DNA from: a virus
DNA length: 64,000 nucleotides
Reading direction: 5' to 3' (one strand)
Virus record (IMG/VR): IMGVR_UViG_3300027902_000006
Coordinates: 1 to 64,000 of that record
Shown here: positions 17,593-27,215 of the stretch, in pieces
Layout: each line of letters starts with the position of its first letter
How positions within the stretch are numbered: position 1 is the stretch's first letter
Made by a program: the position numbers and the translations under genes
Notes under the pieces: generated by a model
What the model saw: only the letters and a program-made list of their open reading frames with translations
What the model was told of the DNA's origin: nothing
Database searches by the model: none

Positions 17593-18786
17593 ATGAAGAT
17601 CAGTGCGTGCATGATGGTACGGAACGAGGCACATAATATGTCTCAAGTTCTAGAGTCCTTACAGGACGTCGTCGACGAGATCATAGTTGTCGATACAGGA
17701 TCAACAGATAAGACCATAGAAATTGCTGAACTCTATGGCGCTAAAGTCTATCACCACCCGTGGGAAAACAACTTCTCTACACATAGAAATCAATCTATTA
17801 ATTACGCTACTGGTGACTGGATTATAATTATCGACGCTGACGAGCGTCTTGTCAAAACCCCCCATTATACTCGGAGTATGTTTCATAAATGGCTGGAGAG
17901 TGAAATCGAAGCTCCGGGTTATACATCCATAGCTGTATTCATCAACGACTTTCAAGACGGCCAGTTGGCCATGAGTTGTAACTCAGCTAGGATGTTTAAA
18001 GCTGGGACTATCCATTATGTAAATTGTATCCACAATCAGCCAATCTTTGCAGGAGCGTGTGTTCTCAATCCTTACTTCTCGCTCTCACATTTTGGTTACG
18101 ACCTAACGCCAGCACAGATGAGAAAGAAGTTTTTTAGGACTAAAGGACTTCTCTACAAAGAGATGCGTGATAATCCCGAGAACTTCGATGTACCATTCTA
18201 CTTCTGTCAGCTTTACGGTCATCATAACTACCATGAGAAAAGCAGATACTGGGGTGAGAAGTATCTGGCTATGAGGGACCAGATACCTACTGAAAGTTTT
18301 AATTCTACAATCTACTTTACATTGATCCGTAATTATCAAGAATCGGGAGACTTGGAAAAAGCGTTAGACTTGATGAGAGAAGCCATGAAAGATCGTCCGA
18401 ATGACCCAGACCTAGCTTCTGCAATGTCGGACCATGGAGCCATGGTGAGCAATAACTATCTTATGGCGGAAGGTGCACGACGTTATATTACTGGATATGA
18501 GGAAATGACTAACAACCCTGCTCTTAAGGGTGGACAGTTTTATTTTAGTATGTCTGAAGACGTTCTTGCTCTTAACCTATATCGTCTATGTGTAGCTTCT
18601 CTTGAGGAAGGAATGCGTTGTTGGGAAGCTATCAAGCCCAAAGTTAGACAGATGAATTCTGGACTGCGAGATGAACTTAAAGCTAATCTCAATATAGTAG
18701 GTCTACCCCATCTGTTACAAGAAGTTCCCGAACTCGGGGGTATTGCACACAAGACTGTTATAGATATTCGAGAGGTGGAGTTATGA
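17593..18786 (+). CDS. GT2 glycosyltransferase with TPR-like C-terminus (protein-glycosyltransferase architecture)
   Basis: ISACMMVRNEA, VDTGSTD, WIIIIDADE, HFGY, helical C-terminal half. Confidence 0.9.
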   Translation: MKISACMMVRNEAHNMSQVLESLQDVVDEIIVVDTGSTDKTIEIAELYGAKVYHHPWENNFSTHRNQSINYATGDWIIIIDADERLVKTPHYTRSMFHKWLESEIEAPGYTSIAVFINDFQDGQLAMSCNSARMFKAGTIHYVNCIHNQPIFAGACVLNPYFSLSHFGYDLTPAQMRKKFFRTKGLLYKEMRDNPENFDVPFYFCQLYGHHNYHEKSRYWGEKYLAMRDQIPTESFNSTIYFTLIRNYQESGDLEKALDLMREAMKDRPNDPDLASAMSDHGAMVSNNYLMAEGARRYITGYEEMTNNPALKGGQFYFSMSEDVLALNLYRLCVASLEEGMRCWEAIKPKVRQMNSGLRDELKANLNIVGLPHLLQEVPELGGIAHKTVIDIREVEL

Positions 18787-18995
18787 GTTGTGGAGAAGAA
18801 CAAGAAAAGAATTTTTTTATAGTCGACTTTGAGAATGACGCCGGTTTTCTTGGCTGGTTTGGAATGTCCAAGGAACTCTACGACGAATCAGAACACGAAG
18901 AAGTTAGCTATATGATCATGAGAGTGATAGACGCTTGGCTTAAGAGACGCTCATTCGTTCATAACAATGTAGAAATGTTTAAGACGTTATGTTAA
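18783..18995 (+). CDS. hypothetical protein
   Basis: overlaps both neighbours in operon. Confidence 0.5.
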   Translation: MSCGEEQEKNFFIVDFENDAGFLGWFGMSKELYDESEHEEVSYMIMRVIDAWLKRRSFVHNNVEMFKTLC

Positions 18996-19837
18996 AGTTT
19001 GCTATAACTGGGGTGGCAGGATATGTAGCTCCGCGTCACTTAAGAGCAATTAAGGATTGTGGGGGTACGGTAGTCGCTGCCATCGACCCCTTCGATTCGG
19101 TAGGGATTTTAGACTCTTACAATAAGGACTGTTTCTTTACTAAGGATTGGAAAGAGTTCTGTTCTTATTGTTCGTTTGAACAACCAGATTATTTTGTAAT
19201 CTGTTCTCCGAATGTGTATCATTTTGAACAGTGTCTGACTGGACTAAGACTTAAGGCAAATGTTATTTGCGAAAAACCTGTAGTACTGACGCTCACTGAT
19301 ATTAAGAGATTGCAGGATTGTGAGGAGGAGACTGGTACGAAAGTTAATACAATCCTTCAGGTTAGACTGAAGCCAGAACTTCAAGCACTTAAGGATAGAG
19401 TTACCAACGGACATAAAGTTTTCCTACGCTACTACACTCCTAGAGGTAAGTGGTACCACATAACTTGGAAGGCACAGACTAGGTGTTCGGGTGGGTTGGC
19501 TACGAATATCGGGGTTCATATGTTCGATACTCTCCTTTGGATTTTTGGAGAGAACTATAAGAAAGTTACGCTGATCGAAAAGAACGATGAACGTATAGTT
19601 GGGTCGTTTACTACTGATAAAGCTCTCGTAGAGTTCGATTTATCTATCTCTCCTAATCACGAGGTCACTCGAACTCTCATGGTTGACGATGAACTGGTAG
19701 ACTTTACAACTAATTTTACTAACTTACATTCTGAGTCTTATCGGCATATCATCGAGGGAAATGGATTCGGTCTAGATATCGCCAAACCGAGTGTGGGATT
19801 ATGCGAGAAGATTCGTCACCTGTCCTCAGCTACATAG
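18989..19837 (+). CDS. wbpB: Gfo/Idh/MocA oxidoreductase, UDP-GlcNAcA 3-dehydrogenase-like (WbpB/WlbA)
   Basis: FAITGVAGYVAPRHLRAIKD, DPFDSVGILDSY, CEKP, SGGLATNIGVHMFD. Confidence 0.88.
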   Translation: MLKFAITGVAGYVAPRHLRAIKDCGGTVVAAIDPFDSVGILDSYNKDCFFTKDWKEFCSYCSFEQPDYFVICSPNVYHFEQCLTGLRLKANVICEKPVVLTLTDIKRLQDCEEETGTKVNTILQVRLKPELQALKDRVTNGHKVFLRYYTPRGKWYHITWKAQTRCSGGLATNIGVHMFDTLLWIFGENYKKVTLIEKNDERIVGSFTTDKALVEFDLSISPNHEVTRTLMVDDELVDFTTNFTNLHSESYRHIIEGNGFGLDIAKPSVGLCEKIRHLSSAT

Positions 19838-20127
19838 ATATTAAACAGAGCCACTTAGGTGATTTTGTCCAGATGTCACTTTTTCCGATCACTGATACTA
19901 CAGGAGTGGTATTTCAGTGCGAGAAAGGTTGTCTTACTCCTACTCCTTATAATACACCACTCAGATGGTGGATTCCTTTTGGTAACTTGTTAAAGAGGTT
20001 TATCTTCTGTCCTGAGTGTAATACGAGCCACGTAGTTATGGTTGGCTTATACCGGGAATTTTCCAAAGAAAAACAAACTTGGATATGGGACTACGATGGT
20101 AGTCTACAACTAAAGAACCGGAGCTAA
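19801..20127 (+). CDS. hypothetical protein (Cys pairs)
   Basis: fills gap between wbpB and wbpD; start uncertain. Confidence 0.45.
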   Translation: MREDSSPVLSYIDIKQSHLGDFVQMSLFPITDTTGVVFQCEKGCLTPTPYNTPLRWWIPFGNLLKRFIFCPECNTSHVVMVGLYREFSKEKQTWIWDYDGSLQLKNRS

Positions 20128-20132
20128 TTTTT

Positions 20133-20657
20133 ATGGGTCAAGTATTTATTCACAGAACGTCAGATGTCGAAGCTGGTTGCAGTATTGGAGATGGGACAAA
20201 AATTTGGCACTTCTGTCATGTCATGGACGGAGCCGTAATCGGTGAGAATTGTGTTTTGGGTCAGAACGTTTTCATTGCAGCCAATACTACGATTGGTAAC
20301 AACGTGCGTATCCAGAACAATGTCAGTATCTATGATGGAGTAGAACTAGAAGACGATGTCTTTATTGGACCGTCTGTAGTTTTTACTAACGTCAAACGTC
20401 CTCGGGCATATAAACGCGGACGTTTTGAAAAGACAGTAGTGAAGAAAGGGGCGGCTATCGGAGCTAACGCAACTATTGTCTGCGGTGTCACCATTGGCGA
20501 AAATGCTTTTATAGGAGCCGGATCGGTCGTTACAAAAGACGTTCCAGCTAATATGATTGCATGGGGTGTTCCTGCCAAAATTCAGAATTACGCATGGATT
20601 AAACGAGACCTAAGTAGTAGTACTAAATTGATTCGTGAAGAACTTCATGAACGCTAG
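20133..20657 (+). CDS. wbpD: hexapeptide N-acetyltransferase (WbpD/WlbB)
   Basis: [42 protein letters not shown]. Confidence 0.9.
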   Translation: MGQVFIHRTSDVEAGCSIGDGTKIWHFCHVMDGAVIGENCVLGQNVFIAANTTIGNNVRIQNNVSIYDGVELEDDVFIGPSVVFTNVKRPRAYKRGRFEKTVVKKGAAIGANATIVCGVTIGENAFIGAGSVVTKDVPANMIAWGVPAKIQNYAWIKRDLSSSTKLIREELHER

Positions 20658-20665
20658 GAGTTAAT

Positions 20666-20830
20666 ATGGCTAAGAAAAGTTCGACTTCAGAACCTAAGGC
20701 AGGTAAGACGTCTTGGGCAACTGAGCAAATAACAAACTCTGGTTCTGTGGGGGCTACCCCAGTCAGAACGATCAAGAGCACCCCGAAGAGTCAGCCTAAA
20801 TCCAAGTCCGTTCCGAAGAAACGGGGATAG
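20666..20830 (+). CDS. Lys/Ser/Thr-rich microprotein (54 aa, not in ORF track)
   Basis: AGGAG RBS; MAKKSSTSEPKAGK...KSKSVPKKRG. Confidence 0.65.
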   Translation: MAKKSSTSEPKAGKTSWATEQITNSGSVGATPVRTIKSTPKSQPKSKSVPKKRG

Positions 20831-20834
20831 AACA

Positions 20835-21035
20835 ATGGCAAAGAAAAAGTGGATTCCGGGTGACCTGAAGGAAGGTGCATTTACTGCCAAAGCAAAAAAA
20901 GCAGGAAAGCCCGTCCAACAGTATGCAAGTCAAGTACTGGCTAATCCAGATAACTATGATACTAAAACTGTCAAGCAGGCCAACTTGGCTAAAACATTCA
21001 ACAGAATTGCTAAGGGCAATAAGAAAAAGAAATAG
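20835..21035 (+). CDS. small basic protein
   Basis: MAKKKWIPGDLKEGAFTAKAKKAG...QANLAKT. Confidence 0.75.
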   Translation: MAKKKWIPGDLKEGAFTAKAKKAGKPVQQYASQVLANPDNYDTKTVKQANLAKTFNRIAKGNKKKK

Positions 21036-21044
21036 GAGATTATC

Positions 21045-21263
21045 ATGGCAAAGAATAGTAAAGTTCCTGGTAGTAGGACCACTCCTCCTGACTCTAATAC
21101 GGGTTCGAGGATGAAGAGTAAACATTCTGATACTACAACTCCAGACAAGGCTGGTGGTATGTATGGGGATATGAGTTATCATATGAATGAAACTACTCAT
21201 ACACATAGGGCTAGAAACATGCATAAGAACATGCATGACAACCCACCCAAGGGCGGCGATTAA
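21045..21263 (+). CDS. small basic His-rich disordered protein
   Basis: AGGAGA RBS. Confidence 0.65.
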   Translation: MAKNSKVPGSRTTPPDSNTGSRMKSKHSDTTTPDKAGGMYGDMSYHMNETTHTHRARNMHKNMHDNPPKGGD

Positions 21264-21278
21264 ATAGGGGATAGAAAA

Positions 21279-21413
21279 ATGGCTGGTAAAAAGGGTGTTG
21301 TTCCCCCTCAGTTTGCGGCTAATGCTTCGAAGAAGAAAGCGACGGCCAAGGGGAAGGGCAAGGGAAAGACTGGTTCTCCCAACAATAAAAAAATGGACAA
21401 ACCGACCAACTAA
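21279..21413 (+). CDS. Lys/Gly-rich microprotein (44 aa, not in ORF track)
   Basis: AGGGGA RBS; MAGKKGVVPPQFAANASKKKATAKGKGKGK...; TAATG coupling to next gene. Confidence 0.65.
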   Translation: MAGKKGVVPPQFAANASKKKATAKGKGKGKTGSPNNKKMDKPTN

Positions 21414-21724
21414 TGGGAATCTTTAACTGGCTTCTAGACTTAGATGTCATACAAAAACAACTAGATCGCATGGAACTCATGTTGATCAACATTCTAAAAA
21501 AGGAAATTAAACTCATGCAACAATTTGATGACTTGTCAGCGGCCGTGGCTACAGAGACTACCGTAATCGACTCTGCTATTGTTTTGATTAATGGGCTGAT
21601 TGCGGAAGTAGCTACTTTGAAGGATGCTCCAACTCCAGAGGCGGTTCAGGCTGTCTTGGACAAAGTTGTGGCTTCTCGGGACGCTCTTGCTGCGGCTGTA
21701 GAGGCCAACACTCCTGTAGCGTAA
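21413..21724 (+). CDS. helical hypothetical protein
   Basis: AAVATETTVIDSAIVLINGL...LAAAVEANTP. Confidence 0.65.
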   Translation: MGIFNWLLDLDVIQKQLDRMELMLINILKKEIKLMQQFDDLSAAVATETTVIDSAIVLINGLIAEVATLKDAPTPEAVQAVLDKVVASRDALAAAVEANTPVA

Positions 21725-21732
21725 CTTTACCT

Positions 21733-21763
21733 AGGGGTCTAGTTATCCTAGACCCCTTTTTTT
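21733..21763 (+). terminator. intrinsic terminator
   Basis: AGGGGTCTAG-TTATC-CTAGACCCCT followed by a T-run. Confidence 0.85.
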
Positions 21764-21774
21764 GAGTGTGTGTT

Positions 21775-21915
21775 GTGGGCGCTAAAAATAAAGTAAAAAA
21801 ACCACCCAAAAAAAAGAAGAAGGCCGGTCCTAAACTTCCTAAGTCTCAACGACTTAGCAAGGTAAAGGGTAACGCTCCTAATCCGAAAGAACGTAGAACT
21901 AAGTTAAGAGGGTAA
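21775..21915 (+). CDS. Lys-rich microprotein (46 aa, not in ORF track)
   Basis: GTG start; MGAKNKVKKPPKKKKKAGPKLPKSQRLSKVKGNAPNPKERRTKLRG; weak RBS. Confidence 0.5.
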   Translation: MGAKNKVKKPPKKKKKAGPKLPKSQRLSKVKGNAPNPKERRTKLRG

Positions 21916-21920
21916 GGGTT

Positions 21921-22703
21921 TTGAAACTATCTGTGGTAATCCCTAGTTGGAAAGATCCTTATCTGATTAATACTATAGACTCTTTTCTTTCCAATTCTGA
22001 GTTGGGCGATCAGTTAGAGGTCATAGCAGTCTTTGATGGTTATTGGCCTACATTTAAACTTAGGATAGACCCGAGAGTTCGTTATGTTCATTTGGGGAAG
22101 AATCGCGGGATGCGAGACGCTATCAATGCAGGTGTCTCAGTAGCTCGCGGTGAGTTTATATGTCGTTCAGATGAACATGTGATGGTCGCGCAGGGCTTCG
22201 ATCGTATTATGACTGAGAGCTGTCAACCAAACTGGATCATGACAGCTACTCGCTATTTTCTAAATCCGAAAACTTGGACTGTGATGGAAGATCAACCCCC
22301 TGTGGGTTATGAGAAACTTGTTATTCAAGGGGGTATTAAGTTCGCAGGGCAAAGATGGAAGAGTCGTGATAGTAGGAGAAAGGATATACCCATAGATGCT
22401 ACTATGGCGATGCAGGGAAGCGTCTGGCTGATGCCGAGAGCATGGTGGGAGACAGTCATAGGGAAGTTGCAAACAGAGGGGTACGGGCCGTTATACCAAG
22501 ACTCACACGAGGTTGTCTTCAAAACTTGGCAGGCAGGTGGGCATCTCATGTTAAATAAGAATACTTGGTTTGCTCACAAGCATCGCTCCTTCTCTAGAAC
22601 ACATAATTATGGAACAGCTGAAGCCACACCTGGCTGGTTGTATTCCTTGAATACTTGGAGAAAGTATTACGAGGAAACTGTACGGCCTCAATGGGGGATC
22701 TAG
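21921..22703 (+). CDS. GT2 glycosyltransferase
   Basis: LSVVIPSW, VFDG, AINAGVSVARGEF, SDEH, MQGSVW. Confidence 0.85.
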   Translation: MKLSVVIPSWKDPYLINTIDSFLSNSELGDQLEVIAVFDGYWPTFKLRIDPRVRYVHLGKNRGMRDAINAGVSVARGEFICRSDEHVMVAQGFDRIMTESCQPNWIMTATRYFLNPKTWTVMEDQPPVGYEKLVIQGGIKFAGQRWKSRDSRRKDIPIDATMAMQGSVWLMPRAWWETVIGKLQTEGYGPLYQDSHEVVFKTWQAGGHLMLNKNTWFAHKHRSFSRTHNYGTAEATPGWLYSLNTWRKYYEETVRPQWGI

Positions 22704-22752
22704 ATGTATGTCTCCCATCCTTCCTTTAACCAACCTCTAGTTCGATTCCTCG

Positions 22753-23526
22753 ATGAAACTTCAGTTTGAAAGCACGACTGCGTGTAACGCTATGTGTGTT
22801 TTCTGTCCTCGTTACGACATGACTCGTCCTCGTGGAGAAATGAGTGATGAACTATTCCATAAGATAATCAAAGATGGAAAGGCGATGAACAATTCGTTCT
22901 TCGTTCCCTTTCTTAATGGAGAACCTTTTGTATTTCCTAGAATTTGGGATTGGTTGGACTATATGCGGGCTGAGAAAGTCCGCGTCCACATTTACACAAA
23001 TGCTGAACTGGTTGACGTTGATAGACTGGTCAAATATCACAATATCAGTTGTATTTGCTGTAGTATCAATGCGGCAACGAAAGAGACTTATGACAAGGTT
23101 GTCCGAGGTCCTGAGTACGAAAGAGTAGTGAGTAATGTGAGGAAACTCATTGAGAAGGCGCATTGTAAGGTCTTCGCTTCAATGGTCCTTGTTGACGATA
23201 ATTATCATGAGATAAGACGATTCAAACAACTCTGGGGAAAGAATCACATTTTCGGGGAGTTTAAGAACTGGGGTGGGGCTAGGCATCAGAAGTTGGAGAG
23301 AACGGGGAAACGTAAGGTCTGTTGGGCTTTGAACAATACAATGAGTATTCTCTGGGATGGCAGAGTCGTCGCCTGCTGCATGGATTATGACGGTAAATTA
23401 ATTCTAGGAGATGTTAATACTCAGACTCTCACTGAGATTTGGCACCAGTCGTATAGGATTAGAAAACGTAATAGAGGGCTTGACTTCAGTATGGAACCCT
23501 GTCTGAATTGTAACGCTAATGTATAA
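22753..23526 (+). CDS. radical SAM/SPASM-domain protein
   Basis: CNAMCVFC, GEP, C-terminal CW...WDGRVVACCMD...CLNC. Confidence 0.92.
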   Translation: MKLQFESTTACNAMCVFCPRYDMTRPRGEMSDELFHKIIKDGKAMNNSFFVPFLNGEPFVFPRIWDWLDYMRAEKVRVHIYTNAELVDVDRLVKYHNISCICCSINAATKETYDKVVRGPEYERVVSNVRKLIEKAHCKVFASMVLVDDNYHEIRRFKQLWGKNHIFGEFKNWGGARHQKLERTGKRKVCWALNNTMSILWDGRVVACCMDYDGKLILGDVNTQTLTEIWHQSYRIRKRNRGLDFSMEPCLNCNANV

Positions 23527-23537
23527 GGGAGACGAAG

Positions 23538-23849
23538 ATGGAGTACCAACCCTATTCTGAAGACCGAGAAGTTGTAAAGGCCGACTTGATGTATAGAGCA
23601 CATCGACATGTTTGTATTTGTGAGAAGCTTAGACAGATTTACGACGTAGTTTATGAGTTGCCGGAGAGTGAACTAAAGCTCAGTCTTACGGAACTTGTAG
23701 TTGATGCTTTCGTCATGGGCAAGAAACTCGCGCAGAGGTTATCCTATATGGTAAATACACATACGGATACTACAGGGAATAAGGGAGCCAACTTGATAGT
23801 AACTCCGAACCTCTGGGAAACTAGAAAAAAAAGAAAAGTCAGAAGATGA
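23538..23849 (+). CDS. hypothetical protein
   Basis: AAGGGAG RBS, operon context. Confidence 0.6.
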   Translation: MEYQPYSEDREVVKADLMYRAHRHVCICEKLRQIYDVVYELPESELKLSLTELVVDAFVMGKKLAQRLSYMVNTHTDTTGNKGANLIVTPNLWETRKKRKVRR

Positions 23850-24655
23850 AGAATCTTATGGTTTATGTCCATCCTAGAAAGGATTTTTGCCAAGAGAGTC
23901 GTATACTAATTAAGATTCAAATAGACAATAGTTTAGAATTGGGTTGGGGGCTAGAGGATATTATTTTAGTAACGAACTTCCATTATGAATACAGAGGAGT
24001 AAGAGCGTTCCTTATTGGTGACGAAAATTATTGCGATTTTTATCCTATGGCTACTAAGGAGAATGTCATAATTGATCTCATCAAAGGAGGAGTTTTACAA
24101 TCAAATACTTTATACTGGTTTCACGATCTCGATTGTTACCAGTGTGAGGTTCTGACAGAAGAAGAGATTAACCTTGGTGAGCACTACTTGGCACTATCTG
24201 ATTACGGTAGGATGGTCCAATGGAATACAGGTAGTATGTTTTTCACCACGAAAGTTTTAGATATTTTTGAGGTATTGAGAGCGGTAGAATATGCTCACAA
24301 ACTTCCCGAGGAACACGCTCTGTGCCTACTGACTGAAGATTATTCGGACGCAGTTGTGACTAAATATCTGATTAATAACAGACACTCCTTCGACCTGTCT
24401 AGACTCCCGAGGCTTAAAGAGTTTAATAGGATTAAACGACTTAACATTTCCTACAATTTTACTTTTATAAATGTTCGATCTAACTACACACAAGCAGTGA
24501 AACCTATAAGGGTCATACACTTTCACCCATTTGGGAGTTGGCGTCGATCTGGGATTCCAAGATTGTTGGACTTCTATAAAGGTAAAAATAAGATCAATCG
24601 AGTCTTAATGCCTCAACGATTAATCCAAATCTTTGATCGACATGGGATTGTATGA
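23846..24655 (+). CDS. putative GT-A-fold glycosyltransferase (paralog A1)
   Basis: WFHDLD (DxD), WNTGSMFF, LNISYN, HFH. Confidence 0.6.
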   Translation: MKNLMVYVHPRKDFCQESRILIKIQIDNSLELGWGLEDIILVTNFHYEYRGVRAFLIGDENYCDFYPMATKENVIIDLIKGGVLQSNTLYWFHDLDCYQCEVLTEEEINLGEHYLALSDYGRMVQWNTGSMFFTTKVLDIFEVLRAVEYAHKLPEEHALCLLTEDYSDAVVTKYLINNRHSFDLSRLPRLKEFNRIKRLNISYNFTFINVRSNYTQAVKPIRVIHFHPFGSWRRSGIPRLLDFYKGKNKINRVLMPQRLIQIFDRHGIV

Positions 24656-25371
24656 AACAAGTGTTAACTTACATAAGTCCAGATCGGGAATTTAATGACG
24701 AACATAGAATGGCAGCTAGAATCCAGATTGACAATAGTTTAAGTATAGGTTGGCACAAAGAGGACATCTTAATAGTAACTAATTTCAATTATGAGTATAA
24801 CGGAGTCAAATCTATCGTCATTGGAGATGACAACTATTGCTCGATTCACTGGCCCGCTACTAAGGTCTATGTACTCGTTTATCTTATGCAGAAGGGTCTA
24901 ATTGGAGACGATCTATACTGGTATCATGATTTTGATTGTTTCCAATTCGTATCGTTTAGGGAGGACGAACCAGACTTGGGGACGGCTGATTTAGGTTTAA
25001 CTAACTATAGTCGGATGCCTAGACTCTGTTCTGCCAGTATGTTCTTCAAGAAGACCGCCAGAGACATTTTTGAACAACTAAAAAAGGAGGTAGACCAAAC
25101 AGGAAAAGACGAAGAGATGGGACTAGCGAGGATGATAAACCGAGACAAGAAATTGAGAATTCGTGTTAAACATTTAAACATCACATACGCTTTTCACAAA
25201 TTTAATCTACGTTCTTGTATTAATATCGTAGATAAACCGATCAGGGCAGCTCATTTTCATTTAACCCCTGATAAGTATGACTTCTATGTCAGAGGAAATA
25301 ACAAACTGAACCTACCTCTGATACCTGAAAGATTAGTTAAAATCTTTCATCAACATGGGTTCGATAAATGA
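24652..25371 (+). CDS. putative GT-A-fold glycosyltransferase (paralog A2)
   Basis: IQIDNSL..GW..EDI..VTNF and WYHDFD shared with 23846..24655. Confidence 0.6.
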   Translation: MKQVLTYISPDREFNDEHRMAARIQIDNSLSIGWHKEDILIVTNFNYEYNGVKSIVIGDDNYCSIHWPATKVYVLVYLMQKGLIGDDLYWYHDFDCFQFVSFREDEPDLGTADLGLTNYSRMPRLCSASMFFKKTARDIFEQLKKEVDQTGKDEEMGLARMINRDKKLRIRVKHLNITYAFHKFNLRSCINIVDKPIRAAHFHLTPDKYDFYVRGNNKLNLPLIPERLVKIFHQHGFDK

Positions 25372-25383
25372 AAGGAGAGATAT

Positions 25384-25581
25384 ATGTTTTGTCCATATTG
25401 TGATGCCGACGAAGAGTATCCCCCAAGTCCTTGTACTTCTTTCGCTGTTTTTAAATGTGGTACAGAGTATCGTGACGGAGAGTACTATCAGAGTGACTTT
25501 TGTGAGGGCAAAGCCGAGTTTAATGAATTGGTTGAAAAAGTACAAAAATTGGAGGCTAAGTTATGCAGGATCGGACAATAG
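25384..25581 (+). CDS. small Cys-containing hypothetical protein
   Basis: AAGGAG RBS; FCPYC. Confidence 0.55.
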   Translation: MFCPYCDADEEYPPSPCTSFAVFKCGTEYRDGEYYQSDFCEGKAEFNELVEKVQKLEAKLCRIGQ

Positions 25582-26207
25582 TTTACTACACTGCCAACGC
25601 GGAGAATCCGTTGTTCGAAGAACGGATTAGAGAAGACCTAAAAAAGAAGGCGGGGGACATTCCAATCGTTAGTGTATCTAGGAAGCCGATTGACTTTGGA
25701 ACCAATATCTGTGTAGGAGAGGTCCCCATCAGTTATACAAGTGAGTGGAAGCAGCTACTTCTTGGTTTAAAGGAAGCCAAGACAAGACTTTGTATTGCCG
25801 CAGAAGCAGATTGTCTCTATCCTCCTGAATACTTCACGATGACTCCAGAGGAAGACGATATGATGTACAACTACAATCATATCTGGATTATTTGGAGACG
25901 TCATAGAGGAGCGTGGCGTAAGTATGGATACTGTGAAGGGGCACAGATGTGCGGTCGGGAATATTGGATCGAGAGACTTGAGCCTCTACTTCCTAAAGAG
26001 TGGGAGCCCTATACGAGACTAGAAGAGAATGCTTTGGTCAACAAAATCTTTCCTGATAGAAAGGAGTATACAGGTAGACCAGCGATCTCGTTTAAGACTG
26101 GTGATGGGGTCAGTTGTAGGACTACTTTTAGTAGGAAGAGTAGAACAAACGAACTAGAATATTGGGGTGGTGTAAAACAACTAAAGGAGATATATTTTGC
26201 ATCTTAA
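25563..26207 (+). CDS. putative glycosyltransferase-like protein (paralog B1)
   Basis: IVYYT, PIVSVSRKPIDFG, AEADCLYPPEYF. Confidence 0.55.
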   Translation: MQDRTIVYYTANAENPLFEERIREDLKKKAGDIPIVSVSRKPIDFGTNICVGEVPISYTSEWKQLLLGLKEAKTRLCIAAEADCLYPPEYFTMTPEEDDMMYNYNHIWIIWRRHRGAWRKYGYCEGAQMCGREYWIERLEPLLPKEWEPYTRLEENALVNKIFPDRKEYTGRPAISFKTGDGVSCRTTFSRKSRTNELEYWGGVKQLKEIYFAS

Positions 26208-26721
26208 GTATAACGCACACATTGGGGGCGGTTCTCATCTACCTATTGTAATGAGATTGATGGCTATGACAGAAGGTCCGGTTCTTGAATTGGGTATGGG
26301 TCTTTTTTCAACTCCATATCTTCACTGGGCTTGTTACGACTCGCAAAGACCCCTCGTATCTTGTGAGAATAAGAAGCCATTTTTAGACATGTTTGTTTTT
26401 AACGACAAAAGAGAAGTAGGAAATGATTATACCTTTCATGAAATCGTCTTCGTAGAGAACAGTGATTGGGATAAGATTGATGTTACTGATAGACACTGGA
26501 GTATTGTTCTGATCGACCATAATCCAGGTCCGCGAAGGCGTGAAGAAATGAAGCGAGTAGCCAATAACGCAGATTATGTCGTAGTTCACGATACCGATGA
26601 GAAGAACGATTGGTATTACAAGTATGCTGAGTACTTTCCACTTTTCCAAAATCGGTATGACACAGAGATCTATCCGAGAACGACTGTACTTTCTAACTTC
26701 AGGGATTTATCTATCCTATGA
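26197..26721 (+). CDS. methyltransferase-like protein (paralog C1)
   Basis: GSHLP, VLELGMGLFST, VLIDH, VVHD. Confidence 0.7.
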   Translation: MHLKYNAHIGGGSHLPIVMRLMAMTEGPVLELGMGLFSTPYLHWACYDSQRPLVSCENKKPFLDMFVFNDKREVGNDYTFHEIVFVENSDWDKIDVTDRHWSIVLIDHNPGPRRREEMKRVANNADYVVVHDTDEKNDWYYKYAEYFPLFQNRYDTEIYPRTTVLSNFRDLSIL

Positions 26722-27215
26722 ATATCAGTGGAGATATAGGATTCGGTAGTCATCTACCTATCTTAATCAAGATAGTCGGGATGACTACCGGTCCTATCTT
26801 AGAGCTTGGAATGGGAATGTACTCTACTCCGTTCTTACATTGGGCGTGCTTTAACGCTAAACGAAAACTTGTCTCTCTTGACTCTGATTATGAATGTTAC
26901 ACAATCAATCGTAGTTATGGACGTAGTGACTATCACGAGGTGCGCTTTGTCCAGAATTGGGATGAAGTCGACTTAGCTGGATTCTGGGATGTAGTTCTCA
27001 TTGACCACGAAAGAGATAGGCGTATCTACGAAATTCAGAAAGTGGTTAATTCGGCTAACTATATCATCGTACACGATAGCGAGGGACGAAGGGACAAGTA
27101 CTACAAATATTCCCAAATCTACCCACTTTTCAAATACAGATATGACTTTGCTAAGATAACTCCGTTTACTGTAGTCTTATCTAATTTTAAGGACCTGTCC
27201 GATCTATGCGATTAA
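26718..27215 (+). CDS. methyltransferase-like protein (paralog C2)
   Basis: GSHLP, ILELGMGMYST, VLIDH, IVHD. Confidence 0.7.
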   Translation: MNISGDIGFGSHLPILIKIVGMTTGPILELGMGMYSTPFLHWACFNAKRKLVSLDSDYECYTINRSYGRSDYHEVRFVQNWDEVDLAGFWDVVLIDHERDRRIYEIQKVVNSANYIIVHDSEGRRDKYYKYSQIYPLFKYRYDFAKITPFTVVLSNFKDLSDLCD

